Shown here piece by piece: positions 9,285 through 18,823 of a stretch of DNA of 64,000 nucleotides (the stretch's first letter is position 1; the number at the start of each line of letters is the position of its first letter). The notes under the pieces were generated by a model that had not been told where the DNA came from, made no database searches, and worked only from the letters and a program-made list of their open reading frames with translations. Both the position numbers and the translations under genes were made by a program. Source of the DNA: an uncultured delta proteobacterium (GTDB taxonomy: Bacteria; Desulfobacterota; Syntrophia; Syntrophales; UBA2185); contig CAVSPA010000006.1 of NCBI GenBank assembly GCA_963729715.1, positions 1-64,000 of the forward strand, given 5' to 3'.

Positions 9285-9709
9285 GCTACCCTCCCGTTTC
9301 GTTGTAAAAATTGATTATCCTCTTCTTCCTTGTTTATCACAGATGTCCTGCTTGACATGCAGCATTGATCATACCCGGGAATCGCTGTTTCAATCTCCCA
9401 CCACACTTTGTCCCTGCCATCATTAAGTTGACCCTCGTGATGCTTGATCCACATCACCCTGGCACAATCGCCAATTGCTGTGAGCTGCTCATCAAAGAAA
9501 CAAGAACCAAAGTGCAGACCGTCGTGGCTGTTTAGCGGAGCATAGCTTCACCAGATACTTGCGTGTTGTCAGGATATTGGCAAATCTGATTTCCAGTTGA
9601 TGCCAGGCAGGAAAACGAAGCCGGTTGACAGGCCTGCAAACGTCACTCCAATGGGCATGACATGCCTCTCAAGCAGAGAGATAATAAATGAAAAGCGAAA
9701 TGCCTCCGA

Positions 9710-9883
9710 TTAAGCACCGGTCCTCAGATATTCAGCCATATATTCCAAGGGTTTTTTTTCGAACTCCTCTTTACATTCCACGGAGCAGAAATAAACTTTT
9801 ATCCCGTCGTGTTCGCTGCTGTGCGCCACCTTTTCTTCCTCTAATTTGCGCTTACAGACAGGGTCAATACGATGTCGCGGCAT
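9710..9883 (-). CDS. YHS-domain protein
   Basis: IDPVC...YFCSVECKEEFEKKP; GGAGGTG RBS before ATG 9883. Confidence 0.8.
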   Translation of the reverse strand: MPRHRIDPVCKRKLEEEKVAHSSEHDGIKVYFCSVECKEEFEKKPLEYMAEYLRTGA

Positions 9884-10056
9884 CGATGTCACCTCCTTTA
9901 TTTTTAGGTTACACATGTATAGCGGATGAATATTAAAGTTTCCCTTACTCATACTTTCACGGTGAATATCAAACATCTTAGACGACAAAAACACAGAATC
10001 CCTGATGACCCCCGATTGCGAGAAAACAGAGATGCTACCGTGCTATGGAGTCTAGA

Positions 10057-10278
10057 TCATTTCGTCGTGCGAGATTCCTCGGGTATTCCCCACCATCTGT
10101 CCGCCTGGCTCTCTTTGACATCTTTTGGCGTGATATTCTTGTACCCCACCCAACTGAACCAGAGATGGTCCCCGTCTTCATATATGGTGCTATGTTGCCA
10201 AAAGCCCGATTCTTTGGCTGCGGCTCCGCATCCGAAAATAAATAGACTAACCATTGCTATCATCAGGATTTTCTTCAT
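10057..10278 (-). CDS. Small lipoprotein, paralog of 37929-38150
   Basis: Lipobox IFGC; FWxHxxxYxxxDH...GY.N.T..DVKE...WWGIP; GGAGG RBS. Confidence 0.8.
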   Translation of the reverse strand: MKKILMIAMVSLFIFGCGAAAKESGFWQHSTIYEDGDHLWFSWVGYKNITPKDVKESQADRWWGIPEESRTTK

Positions 10279-10972
10279 GTCTTCCTCCTACTGTAAATCT
10301 GGATTCTATTGATTGTTGTACAAAATTACCTTACCCGTTGATCCGCCGGGCTTTCCACGGCCTGGGTCAAGTCGGTACTCTTGCCACTACCGGCCGTGGT
10401 GATCCTGGATTTATCGATTCTGCTAAGCATTATTTCTATTAAGAATTACTAATATAATATTTTATTAATTATTTAAAAGAAGAACAATCGGGGAATGTCT
10501 TATTTTGCAGTGGTTAAATTCTTATTTTAACGCCGCACTTTTTCTTAAGATCAAAACGTGCCATTTATATTCCCACATGATGCCACCTATCTTTCACAGA
10601 CTCGAACACTGATAAACAAGAAAGGCATTCCGTGCGCGGACAATGACAGTTTAACTTCAACCATGTGCAGGCTTATCCAACCATGCACCTTAAACAAGCC
10701 CATTTTCTATCTTGACTTTGGGGAGAGGCTTTAATTTCTATCAATAAGAAAACATATGTTGCAAAGTATAAACCTTTCCGCTAAATTTATAACCTCTGAT
10801 ATATGAATTAGTAGATATTCATTCGAATCAAGACGATTGCTTATTTCTGAGGGCTATGCGGGCAGGTAAAACGATGATGATGCTGTGGAAAGCAACGGCC
10901 CACGAATCCCGGATAGCAATGAATATCCCGTTGGACCGTTGAACTAAATACTTCTCGGAAAGGAGATAGGCA

Positions 10973-11419
10973 ATGGAGGATATTAAACGCATACTTGTCG
11001 TTAGCAGGATAACGAAATACTGCCAAAAAGCTATTCATTATGGAATCTCTCTATCTAAAAAATATGGGGCGAAACTTTCCGTGCTTCATACGATTGATAC
11101 GTTCTGGCTAAGGGGATGGAATGTACCAATGATATCAGTTGAAGAAGAATATAAAAAAGGGCTGAAAAGAACAAAGGAAGAACTGGATAACATAATTACC
11201 ATGGAAAAAAAGAAGGGGATGGTGATTAAAGAGTTACTTAAGGAAGGTGATCCGACAGAAGAGATATTGAAGGTCATTAAGGAAGAAAACATTGACCTCG
11301 TTATTCTGCTTGCCCATGAGGAAAGTCGTTTTGAGCACTTTCTTTTCGGACGCAGCAACGAGGAGATTATCCGGAAGATACCATGCTCAATTCTGTTGGT
11401 CAAAAAAGAACAAGAATGA
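10973..11419 (+). CDS. Universal stress protein
   Basis: KRILVV...EGDPTEEI...IDLVIL...IIRKIPCSILLVK. Confidence 0.9.
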   Translation: MEDIKRILVVSRITKYCQKAIHYGISLSKKYGAKLSVLHTIDTFWLRGWNVPMISVEEEYKKGLKRTKEELDNIITMEKKKGMVIKELLKEGDPTEEILKVIKEENIDLVILLAHEESRFEHFLFGRSNEEIIRKIPCSILLVKKEQE

Positions 11420-11437
11420 TTATCACAGCAATTAGGC

Positions 11438-11530
11438 ATGATACATACTGCTCTGACACTTGAAAAGATCGTTCTGCCTTTAGCAATACTCGCGAGCGGA
11501 ATAATTTTGGGACTAATATTCGAAAGAAAT
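11438..11530 (+). pseudogene. 5' remnant of a second MscS-like gene
   Basis: LTLEKIVLPLAILASGIILGLIFE parallels LTIERMALPLAILAGGIILGLFFE of the mscS at 4602-5660. Confidence 0.6.
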
Positions 11531-11919
11531 CATTTTATGCACATCGCACGGGAACAGCCCCGCATTATGTAGATCGATGAAGACAAAGCATTGAAGTCAC
11601 TAGTGTTTTGTCCCAGAAATAAGTTTAATTAGTTATACGGCAATTGCCGAATGATATCTGCTGGCTACTATTACAATAAATACAAATTATAAGTGAGACG
11701 TCACACTAGCCAAGTTAATCACAACTCCGAGGGACCGTAAAACCGCCATGATGGTTGCCATAAAGATGGTTTAACATGGACACCCATGTCAAATCACCAG
11801 AAAGCGGTCCTATCCAAGATATACAAAGCCCTGCAAATTTAGTGAAGGGGTTCCATGAAAGCGGATAATATTGATGCAATCAATTATTTTCCAAGGGCAA
11901 TAATCGGAGGATAGTAGCT

Positions 11920-14385
11920 ATGCAAATGGCCACAAAGAAAGCTGGGGTAGAGGACGATCTTAAATCCCTACCCACGCCGGAACTGCAGGCAAAGTTGGGG
12001 GCATCGCCGGACGGCCTCAGTCAAGCCGAGGTGCAACGACGTCTATTACAATATGGGTTTAACGAGATTGAGGAGAAGAAAATAAATCCATTCCTGAAAT
12101 TCCTCAGTTATTTTTGGGGTCCGATTCCTTGGATGATTGAAGCGGCCGTGATTCTATCGGCGCTTGTCCGCCACTGGCCAGATTTTTTCATCATCCTTGT
12201 CCTTCTTTTTGCCAACGCCATAGTCGGGTTCTGGGAGGAGTACCAGGCGGGCAACGCCATTGATGCCCTTAAAGCCACACTCGCGATCCAAGCACGGGTT
12301 CGTCGTGATGGGAAGTGGACCACAGTGCCGGCGCGTGAACTGGTGCCAGGGGACGTCATCCGCGTGCGCCTCGGCGACATCGTGCCTGCAGACGCGCGCT
12401 TGTTTGAAGGAGACCCTGTGGAAGTCGATCAGTCCGCGTTGACGGGCGAATCATTGCCAGTCACCCGCAAAGGAAACGAGACTGTCTACTCGGGCTCGAT
12501 TATCCGCCAGGGAGAAATCGACGCACTGGTCTACGGCACGGGTCAGAACACATACTTCGGCAAGACCGCACAGCTGGTGCAGGAGGCGCACACCGTCAGC
12601 CACTTCCAGCGCGCCGTGCTGAAGATTGGTAATTACCTGATCGTAATAGCCGTGGTTCTGGTAGTATTGATTCTGGCGGTCGCGTTCTTCCGTGGTGACA
12701 GGATGACGACCACTCTGCAGTTCGCACTGGTGCTGACCGTGGCAGCGATCCCGGTCGCGATGCCCACAGTCCTGTCGGTTACGATGGCTGTGGGGGCGCG
12801 GCTCCTGGCGGCAAAACAGGCGATTGTCAGCCGCCTGGTAGCTATTGAGGAAATGGCGGGTATGGATGTGCTCTGCTCGGATAAGACAGGCACCTTGACG
12901 CAGAACAAGCTAACCCTGGGCACTCCGTTCAGTGTGGAGGGCATCAGCGCGGAGCAGGTGGTCTTGAGCGCAGCGCTGGCGTCGCGCGCCGAGAATCAGG
13001 ACACCATCGATCTGGCCGTACTGAGCGGTCTGAAGAACGATCTGGCCTTCAAGGGTCACACAGTCCTCCATTTTCAGCCGTTCGACCCGGTGCACAAGCG
13101 TACCGAAGCCACCGTCAAGAGCACGGACGGAAAGGAGTTCAAGGTGACCAAGGGCGCACCGCAGGTGATAATGGCGTTGGCAGCCAATGCAGCAGAGGTA
13201 AAGCCCGCAGTGGATAGAGCCGTCAACGCATTCGCTGCACGTGGCTTTCGCTCGCTGGGCGTGGCGCGGACAGACGCAAAGGGTCAGTGGCAGTTTCTGG
13301 GGATTCTGCCGCTTTTCGATCCACCTCGCGAGGATTCCAAGACAACCATCGCCACCGCGCGTCAGATGGGAGTGAACGTGAAGATGGTCACGGGCGACCA
13401 ACTCGCCATCGGCAGGGAAATCGCGGGTCAACTGGGGCTGGGCACTAACATTCTGGATGCCAGCGGCTTCGGTGACACGCGTGAGCACGGTTCGGCACAG
13501 TTGACTGAGTCCGTCGAGAAGGCCGACGGTTTCGCCCAGGTGTTCCCCGAACATAAGTTCCAGATCGTCGATATTCTTCAACATCACGGTCACATCGTCG
13601 GTATGACCGGCGACGGGGTAAACGACGCACCCGCGCTGAAGAAGGCCGACTGCGGCATCGCGGTATCGGGTGCAACAGACGCAGCCCGTGCGGCAGCGGA
13701 CGTGGTACTGATGAGCCCTGGCCTGTCAGTGATTATCGATGCGATCAAGGAGAGCCGCAAGGCCTTTCAACGGATGAACAGTTATGCGATATATCGCATT
13801 GCCGAAACCATCCGTGTTCTGCTCTTTATGACGCTGGCGATCCTGATCTTCAACTTCTATCCGGTGACGGCCGTGATGATAGTCCTTCTCGCGTTGCTCA
13901 ACGACGGCCCCATCCTCGCCATCGCTTACGACAACGTCCACTATGCGAACCAGCCTGAGGCCTGGAATATGCGTGTCGTCCTGGGGATAGCAACGGTGCT
14001 GGGGGTGGCCGGCGTGGTTGCCTCGTTCGTCTTGTTCTACCTCGGCGAGGGTGTATTCTATCTCAGCCGCGACCTCCTGCAAACGTTCATGTTCCTGAAG
14101 CTGGCTGTGGCCGGCCATTTGACCATCTTCGTGACACGAACACGCGGACCTTTCTGGTCCATCCGGCCCGCCCCGTTGTTGCTCTGGGCGGCGATCGGCA
14201 CGAAAGTGCTGGCCACGTTGGCAGCCGTTTACGGATGGTTTATGGTGCCCATCGGGTGGAAATGGGCGCTGGTTATCTGGGGCTACGCGCTGGCTTGGTT
14301 CCTGGTAAATGATCAGGTTAAACTGGTGGCCTACCGGATCTTTGACCGGCAACGGCCGCTGTTAGGGATGAAACTTGGAAGATAG
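11920..14385 (+). CDS. Plasma-membrane-type (P3A) proton-efflux P-type ATPase
   Basis: FWGPIPWMIE, DQSALTGES, IPVAMP, DKTGTLT, PFDPVHKRT, GDGVNDAP, LLNDG. Confidence 0.93.
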   Translation: MQMATKKAGVEDDLKSLPTPELQAKLGASPDGLSQAEVQRRLLQYGFNEIEEKKINPFLKFLSYFWGPIPWMIEAAVILSALVRHWPDFFIILVLLFANAIVGFWEEYQAGNAIDALKATLAIQARVRRDGKWTTVPARELVPGDVIRVRLGDIVPADARLFEGDPVEVDQSALTGESLPVTRKGNETVYSGSIIRQGEIDALVYGTGQNTYFGKTAQLVQEAHTVSHFQRAVLKIGNYLIVIAVVLVVLILAVAFFRGDRMTTTLQFALVLTVAAIPVAMPTVLSVTMAVGARLLAAKQAIVSRLVAIEEMAGMDVLCSDKTGTLTQNKLTLGTPFSVEGISAEQVVLSAALASRAENQDTIDLAVLSGLKNDLAFKGHTVLHFQPFDPVHKRTEATVKSTDGKEFKVTKGAPQVIMALAANAAEVKPAVDRAVNAFAARGFRSLGVARTDAKGQWQFLGILPLFDPPREDSKTTIATARQMGVNVKMVTGDQLAIGREIAGQLGLGTNILDASGFGDTREHGSAQLTESVEKADGFAQVFPEHKFQIVDILQHHGHIVGMTGDGVNDAPALKKADCGIAVSGATDAARAAADVVLMSPGLSVIIDAIKESRKAFQRMNSYAIYRIAETIRVLLFMTLAILIFNFYPVTAVMIVLLALLNDGPILAIAYDNVHYANQPEAWNMRVVLGIATVLGVAGVVASFVLFYLGEGVFYLSRDLLQTFMFLKLAVAGHLTIFVTRTRGPFWSIRPAPLLLWAAIGTKVLATLAAVYGWFMVPIGWKWALVIWGYALAWFLVNDQVKLVAYRIFDRQRPLLGMKLGR

Positions 14386-14588
14386 CGACACTCCGGTTTT
14401 TGCTTTCGGCCGAAACGGCCATAGTGGACGCTAGTTCAACGTGAACTTATGCGGTCCGATGTCAAAAAATTTTAGAACGGGACATAACAATTAAAAGTTA
14501 GTGGGGTAATAGAATAATGGGCAAGTATTTGTCAATTCCCACAAATACGAGATTTTCAATTTTTCGAAGAATTTATTTATCTGTCAAA

Positions 14589-14761
14589 ACCACTGACATT
14601 GTCAGTGGTGGGGTGTGGGGGCGGAGGCCCCACACCTTAAGTGAACCAACAATGTTGGTGAACAATATTTTAGAATAGCCGTTTCAATCCTTATCAGGCA
14701 AGGCGAAGGACATTGTCCGTATGCTTGCCGCATTTTCAAGGCCACCGACAAGGTCGGTGGT
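14589..14761. repeat. Cluster of four related palindromes plus a GC hairpin
   Basis: ACCACTGACA-T-TGTCAGTGGT, ACCAACA-A-TGTTGGT, GGACA-T-TGTCC, CCACCGACA-A-GGTCGGTGG; hairpin GGTGTGGGG-7-CCCCACACC. Confidence 0.7.
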
Positions 14762-14968
14762 AGTTTACTGGCGAAATTATCTATTCCAGAGCTTCCGAGC
14801 CACCCCGTTAAAACAGGATACAAATTTCTGAACTGAGAAGCGGCCTGAAGGAATTAATAACTCTGAGACATTTGGAATATAGCAATAATATTTTCGGTCA
14901 TTGTTGTGTTTTGGCAGTTGTTCATAAGATAAATTATGAGTTGGCGGGTTACTTCTTTCATGGGTACA

Positions 14969-15184
14969 ATGAAAAAGAATAACAACTGGATACCAAATAG
15001 GCAAAATTTAACACCCTGTGTATGCCCTAGGTGCACGGCAAAACATGAGAAGATGATCTTCTGGACCGGAAAAATTCCAGTAAGAAAATTTTGTCCGTCC
15101 TGCGAGCAGATTGCAGAACGCGATTACACTCTAGAGGCATATGCTATTGGTTATATAGACAAAGATAAATTATCATCATATTGA
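14969..15184 (+). CDS. Small putative zinc-ribbon protein
   Basis: CPRC...FWTG...CPSC. Confidence 0.5.
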   Translation: MKKNNNWIPNRQNLTPCVCPRCTAKHEKMIFWTGKIPVRKFCPSCEQIAERDYTLEAYAIGYIDKDKLSSY

Positions 15185-15417
15185 ATCATTCCGGCCGGAT
15201 CAATATCACTGGATCCTACACAGGCACCATAAAAAGAAACAGAGGGATGTCGTCCGCACTTTCAAACCGTAGTCCTCACTCTCCACATAAACCGTGCAGT
15301 CACACGTTGATGTCAGTAACCGACACATTTCATCTTTTCACGTATCGATTTTATGCAGTAGGGTTTAAAACATGCGAGGGCTAGACAGCTTATTTTTTGT
15401 TCGTATAAAATCTGGCT

Positions 15418-15531
15418 GACTGAAAGAGAGATTTCTCAAGTCTTCCGCAAGACGACACATTTCTGCAGAAATCAACAGATGTTATCAGTTTTTAAATTAG
15501 ATAATGTTTTCCGTCAGTTATATTCAATTCC
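15418..15531 (+). repeat. Diverged non-coding direct repeat, copy 1
   Basis: Aligns with 16690-16804. Confidence 0.65.
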
Positions 15532-15654
15532 TTGGGAAGTGTAATTAATTATGAAAAAGATAAAAGATCAAAACAACAAATATCTAACTTTCTATCCATT
15601 AAAAATCTATCATAAACAAGAGCGGCAAATTCTTATCAAGCTGGGAGTATAATT

Positions 15655-16452
15655 TCAAACGGCGCAGCTATTTCGGCCTATGCGCTGGACTGGATCCTGC
15701 TGGTAATATTCCCGGAGAACGCGATAAAGATCGGGGGAGTGGTCCATCATCAAGCGGGGCTGATCGAAAAACTGCTCGGTGGCAACGGCGAAGAATTCGG
15801 CTTCGCTTACCGCGCCGTAGGCATTGAGGAATGATTTCCTGCCGTGTTCGACATCATGTCGGAGGCGAAGATATTCACGAGAACATGTCTGCACCCAATC
15901 ACGGTATTCAGCCCGGTCCCGTAGCGGGGGAGTGCCATCCGCGGCGCCGTCGAGCATGTCGAGTTTGTGGGCAAATTCATGATAGATAACGTTGTGGCCT
16001 AACTCAGGATGGCGGCCGCCATGCAGAGCTGAATCCCAAACTATAATGAGCGGCCCTTGCTGGAAGGCTTGCCCGATAATGGGATGGGCAATTCCTACTG
16101 GCTCGATGACATTTTCAAAAAAGCCGGGTTTACGATGGGACGGGATTACAGTGGATGGATAGACGATGATTGACTCTACATTTTTATAGTATTCATGGGG
16201 GAGCCCGAGAAGAAGGAGGCACGCCTGAGCGGAGATAGTGACGCGGATCTCATCGGTAAGTTCCAACCCGCCGCAGCCTTCCCAATCTTTTTCGGCGATA
16301 AACACCTGGATCAGAGCGCGAAGATGAGCGCGTTCCGCATTTTCCAGCATGCAATAATGGGCAACGTTATTCTTTAGGATTTCTTCCCATGCGGGGGGGA
16401 ATGGAACTGCCACGAGCTTTTTCCGGCGGCGATTAGTGAGCCAATGAAACAT
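15655..16452 (-). CDS. mtfA: MtfA/peptidase M90 zinc metallopeptidase
   Basis: GHNVIYHEFAHKLDMLDG, YGAVSEAEFFAVATEQFF. Confidence 0.9.
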   Translation of the reverse strand: MFHWLTNRRRKKLVAVPFPPAWEEILKNNVAHYCMLENAERAHLRALIQVFIAEKDWEGCGGLELTDEIRVTISAQACLLLLGLPHEYYKNVESIIVYPSTVIPSHRKPGFFENVIEPVGIAHPIIGQAFQQGPLIIVWDSALHGGRHPELGHNVIYHEFAHKLDMLDGAADGTPPLRDRAEYRDWVQTCSREYLRLRHDVEHGRKSFLNAYGAVSEAEFFAVATEQFFDQPRLMMDHSPDLYRVLREYYQQDPVQRIGRNSCAV

Positions 16453-16689
16453 GGGAAATCCTTTTTTACCAAAGAGTAATATATCCTTAATTATGGGGAC
16501 GTTTGTGCTAACTCAATAATTCGGTAACTCTTTGAAGCTTATCAAAAAGTGTTTCACAATTCAATATTGCTGAAGGACAAAGTTATCTTAACAACGGTTT
16601 AGATATGGACTGCATGCTATTCTTCCTTGTAACAATAAAGCATCCAGCAATTTTGGGGACACACTTCGTTTCAAACGCTAATCCTTATT

Positions 16690-16804
16690 GACTGTGAGAA
16701 AGATTTCTCAAGGCTTCCGGTGTAAGCAACATTTCATCAGGCAATCAAGAGATGTCATCAATTTTCAAATCAGATAATTTTATTTTATAAGTTATACCGA
16801 TTCC
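16690..16804 (+). repeat. Diverged non-coding direct repeat, copy 2
   Basis: Shared blocks AGATTTCTCAAG.CTTCCG, ACATTTC, AATCAA.AGATGT.ATCA, AGATAAT. Confidence 0.65.
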
Positions 16805-16977
16805 ATATAAATCATGTCTATTTATGAATATACCGAATTGCTGAGTTGTTTTCCACGATTTTAGAGAATTCTTTAATTCATTCCGCTTGACATATATATT
16901 TGTTTGATTTTTCATGTATCAAGTACGAAAATAAAAGTTATGTGCTCAAGGCAATCTGCGTAAATAGAAATGACTTA

Positions 16978-18306
16978 ATGCATATGAATGGATCTGGAAA
17001 TGGAAACCTCGGATACTGGGAGGTAACAGCGATAGGGGTCGGCGGTATGGTTGGGGGCGGAATCTTTGCCGTTCTTGGCCTGTCAGTGGATTTGACGCGC
17101 GGAGGAGCTCCAGTAGCGTTCCTGATTGCGGGTATCGTTGCCCTCGTTACCTCCTATTCATACGCACGACTCTCTGTCACCTTTCCCAGTCAAGGAGGAA
17201 CAGTAGCGTTCTTGGATCGCGCGTTTGGACCAGGCCTGCTGACGGGGAGCGCGAACATTTTGCTCTGGATAAGCTACGTCATCATGCTGTCGCTGTATGC
17301 CTATGCTTTCGGAAGCTATGGAGCATCATTGTTTCCACCCTCCTCACAACTTCTTTGGAAACACATTCTGATCACTGGCAGTATTGTTGGCATTACTGGG
17401 CTTAACCTGTTGAGCGCTAAGCTGATCGGCGAAGCGGAAGACTGGATTGTGCTCATCAAGTTGGCGATTCTGGTCCTTTTCATCGCCGTTGGTATCTGGG
17501 GTATTGACAGGACCAGGCTGGTACCGTCGGCATGGTCACCTCCTCTGGATCTGATTGCAGGCGGGATGATCATTTTTGTGGCCTATGAGGGATTCGAGTT
17601 GATTGCCAACACAGCTCAGGATGTGCGGGACGCGCACAGGACATTGCCTCGCGCTTTTTATTCAAGCGTTGGGTTCGTGATAGTTCTTTATGTCCTTGTC
17701 GCCGTAGTTACAGTTGGGACTCTACCCATCGCCAAGATTGTCGATGCCAAAGACTACGCGCTGGCCGAAGCAGCCCGGCCATTCCTGGGTCAAACCGGAT
17801 TCATCTTGATTGCCATCGCCGCCATGCTTTCAACAGCTTCTGCCATCAATGCCACAGTTTACGGTGCGGCCAGGCTGAGTTATGTCATTGCAAAAGACGG
17901 GGAGCTTCCAAGCGAATTGGAACGAAAGGCCTGGGGAAGGCCAATAGAAGGGCTGTTGATTACGTCAGGAGTCACCCTCATCATCGCCAACCTTGCCGAC
18001 CTGTCCAGTATGTCGACGATGGGTAGTGTTGGCTTCCTGTTGATCTTTGCAGCCGTTAATGGTGCTAACGTGGTACTGGCAGACGAGACGCATAGCAGAA
18101 GTTGGCTTTCGCTAATCGGAGTTGGACTTTGCCTCAGTGCATTAGCAAGTCTTCTCTGGCAGACTGCAAAGAGTTCACCCGGTCAGATCGGGGTTCTGTT
18201 CGTCATGGTAGGAGCAGCCTTTTTTATCGAAATCACCTTCCGGTTGACTACTAGGCGAACAATAAATCTTTCAAAGGTCCAAAAGAAGAATGCATACAAA
18301 TCTTAA
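16978..18306 (+). CDS. APC-family amino acid permease
   Basis: GGMVGGGIF, AYEGFE, about 12 hydrophobic segments; start uncertain. Confidence 0.9.
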   Translation: MHMNGSGNGNLGYWEVTAIGVGGMVGGGIFAVLGLSVDLTRGGAPVAFLIAGIVALVTSYSYARLSVTFPSQGGTVAFLDRAFGPGLLTGSANILLWISYVIMLSLYAYAFGSYGASLFPPSSQLLWKHILITGSIVGITGLNLLSAKLIGEAEDWIVLIKLAILVLFIAVGIWGIDRTRLVPSAWSPPLDLIAGGMIIFVAYEGFELIANTAQDVRDAHRTLPRAFYSSVGFVIVLYVLVAVVTVGTLPIAKIVDAKDYALAEAARPFLGQTGFILIAIAAMLSTASAINATVYGAARLSYVIAKDGELPSELERKAWGRPIEGLLITSGVTLIIANLADLSSMSTMGSVGFLLIFAAVNGANVVLADETHSRSWLSLIGVGLCLSALASLLWQTAKSSPGQIGVLFVMVGAAFFIEITFRLTTRRTINLSKVQKKNAYKS

Positions 18307-18462
18307 GAACCGCCTGAGCTGAAAAGATCATTTCCTTTCTTAAGGTTTCATGCAACGTTGCGACTATAACCCATATACCTTGGCAAAACCACTATTAAAA
18401 AGTGGATTATCTTTTTTCAATCAATTAAAATAAATGATCCTGTCAGTAAGGAATTCATTTTC

Positions 18463-18551
18463 GTGAAGAAGTTCGAAACCGAGGTTCGGCTCAGCCGGGA
18501 AATGAGCCTGATGGACGCCACGATGATCGGTGCGGGAATTTTTGTCCTGAT
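18463..18551 (+). pseudogene. 5' remnant of another APC permease
   Basis: KKFETEVRLSREMSLMDATMIGAGIFVL. Confidence 0.55.
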
Positions 18552-18823
18552 AGGTTTCATTCTGTAACGTCTTTTTTTTTTGCTACCTCGTGTGAAATGT
18601 TTGTAAATTCGCTCTGGCCGCTCCTAAAATAGCTGCCCATTCTGTGCCCTTTATGCAACATCTCAAACAGAGATAATATTGGCGTCTCACCGCACGCCGT
18701 GGTCAGTTATTTCATTGATTTATCACAAATATTTCTATATAGTTCCCAGCCTTGAGAGTAACTTCTTGTACTATAATAATAACAATTTAGGGCACATTGC
18801 GGCAAATTGTCAGGAGGCAATCC

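Noticed and set aside
9257..9660. Possible degraded gene upstream of the PNPOx-like gene
   Set aside because: Stops in all frames and no family recognised
10325..10430. Short minus-strand frame containing AGSGKST
   Set aside because: About 34 codons with no other NTPase context; may be chance
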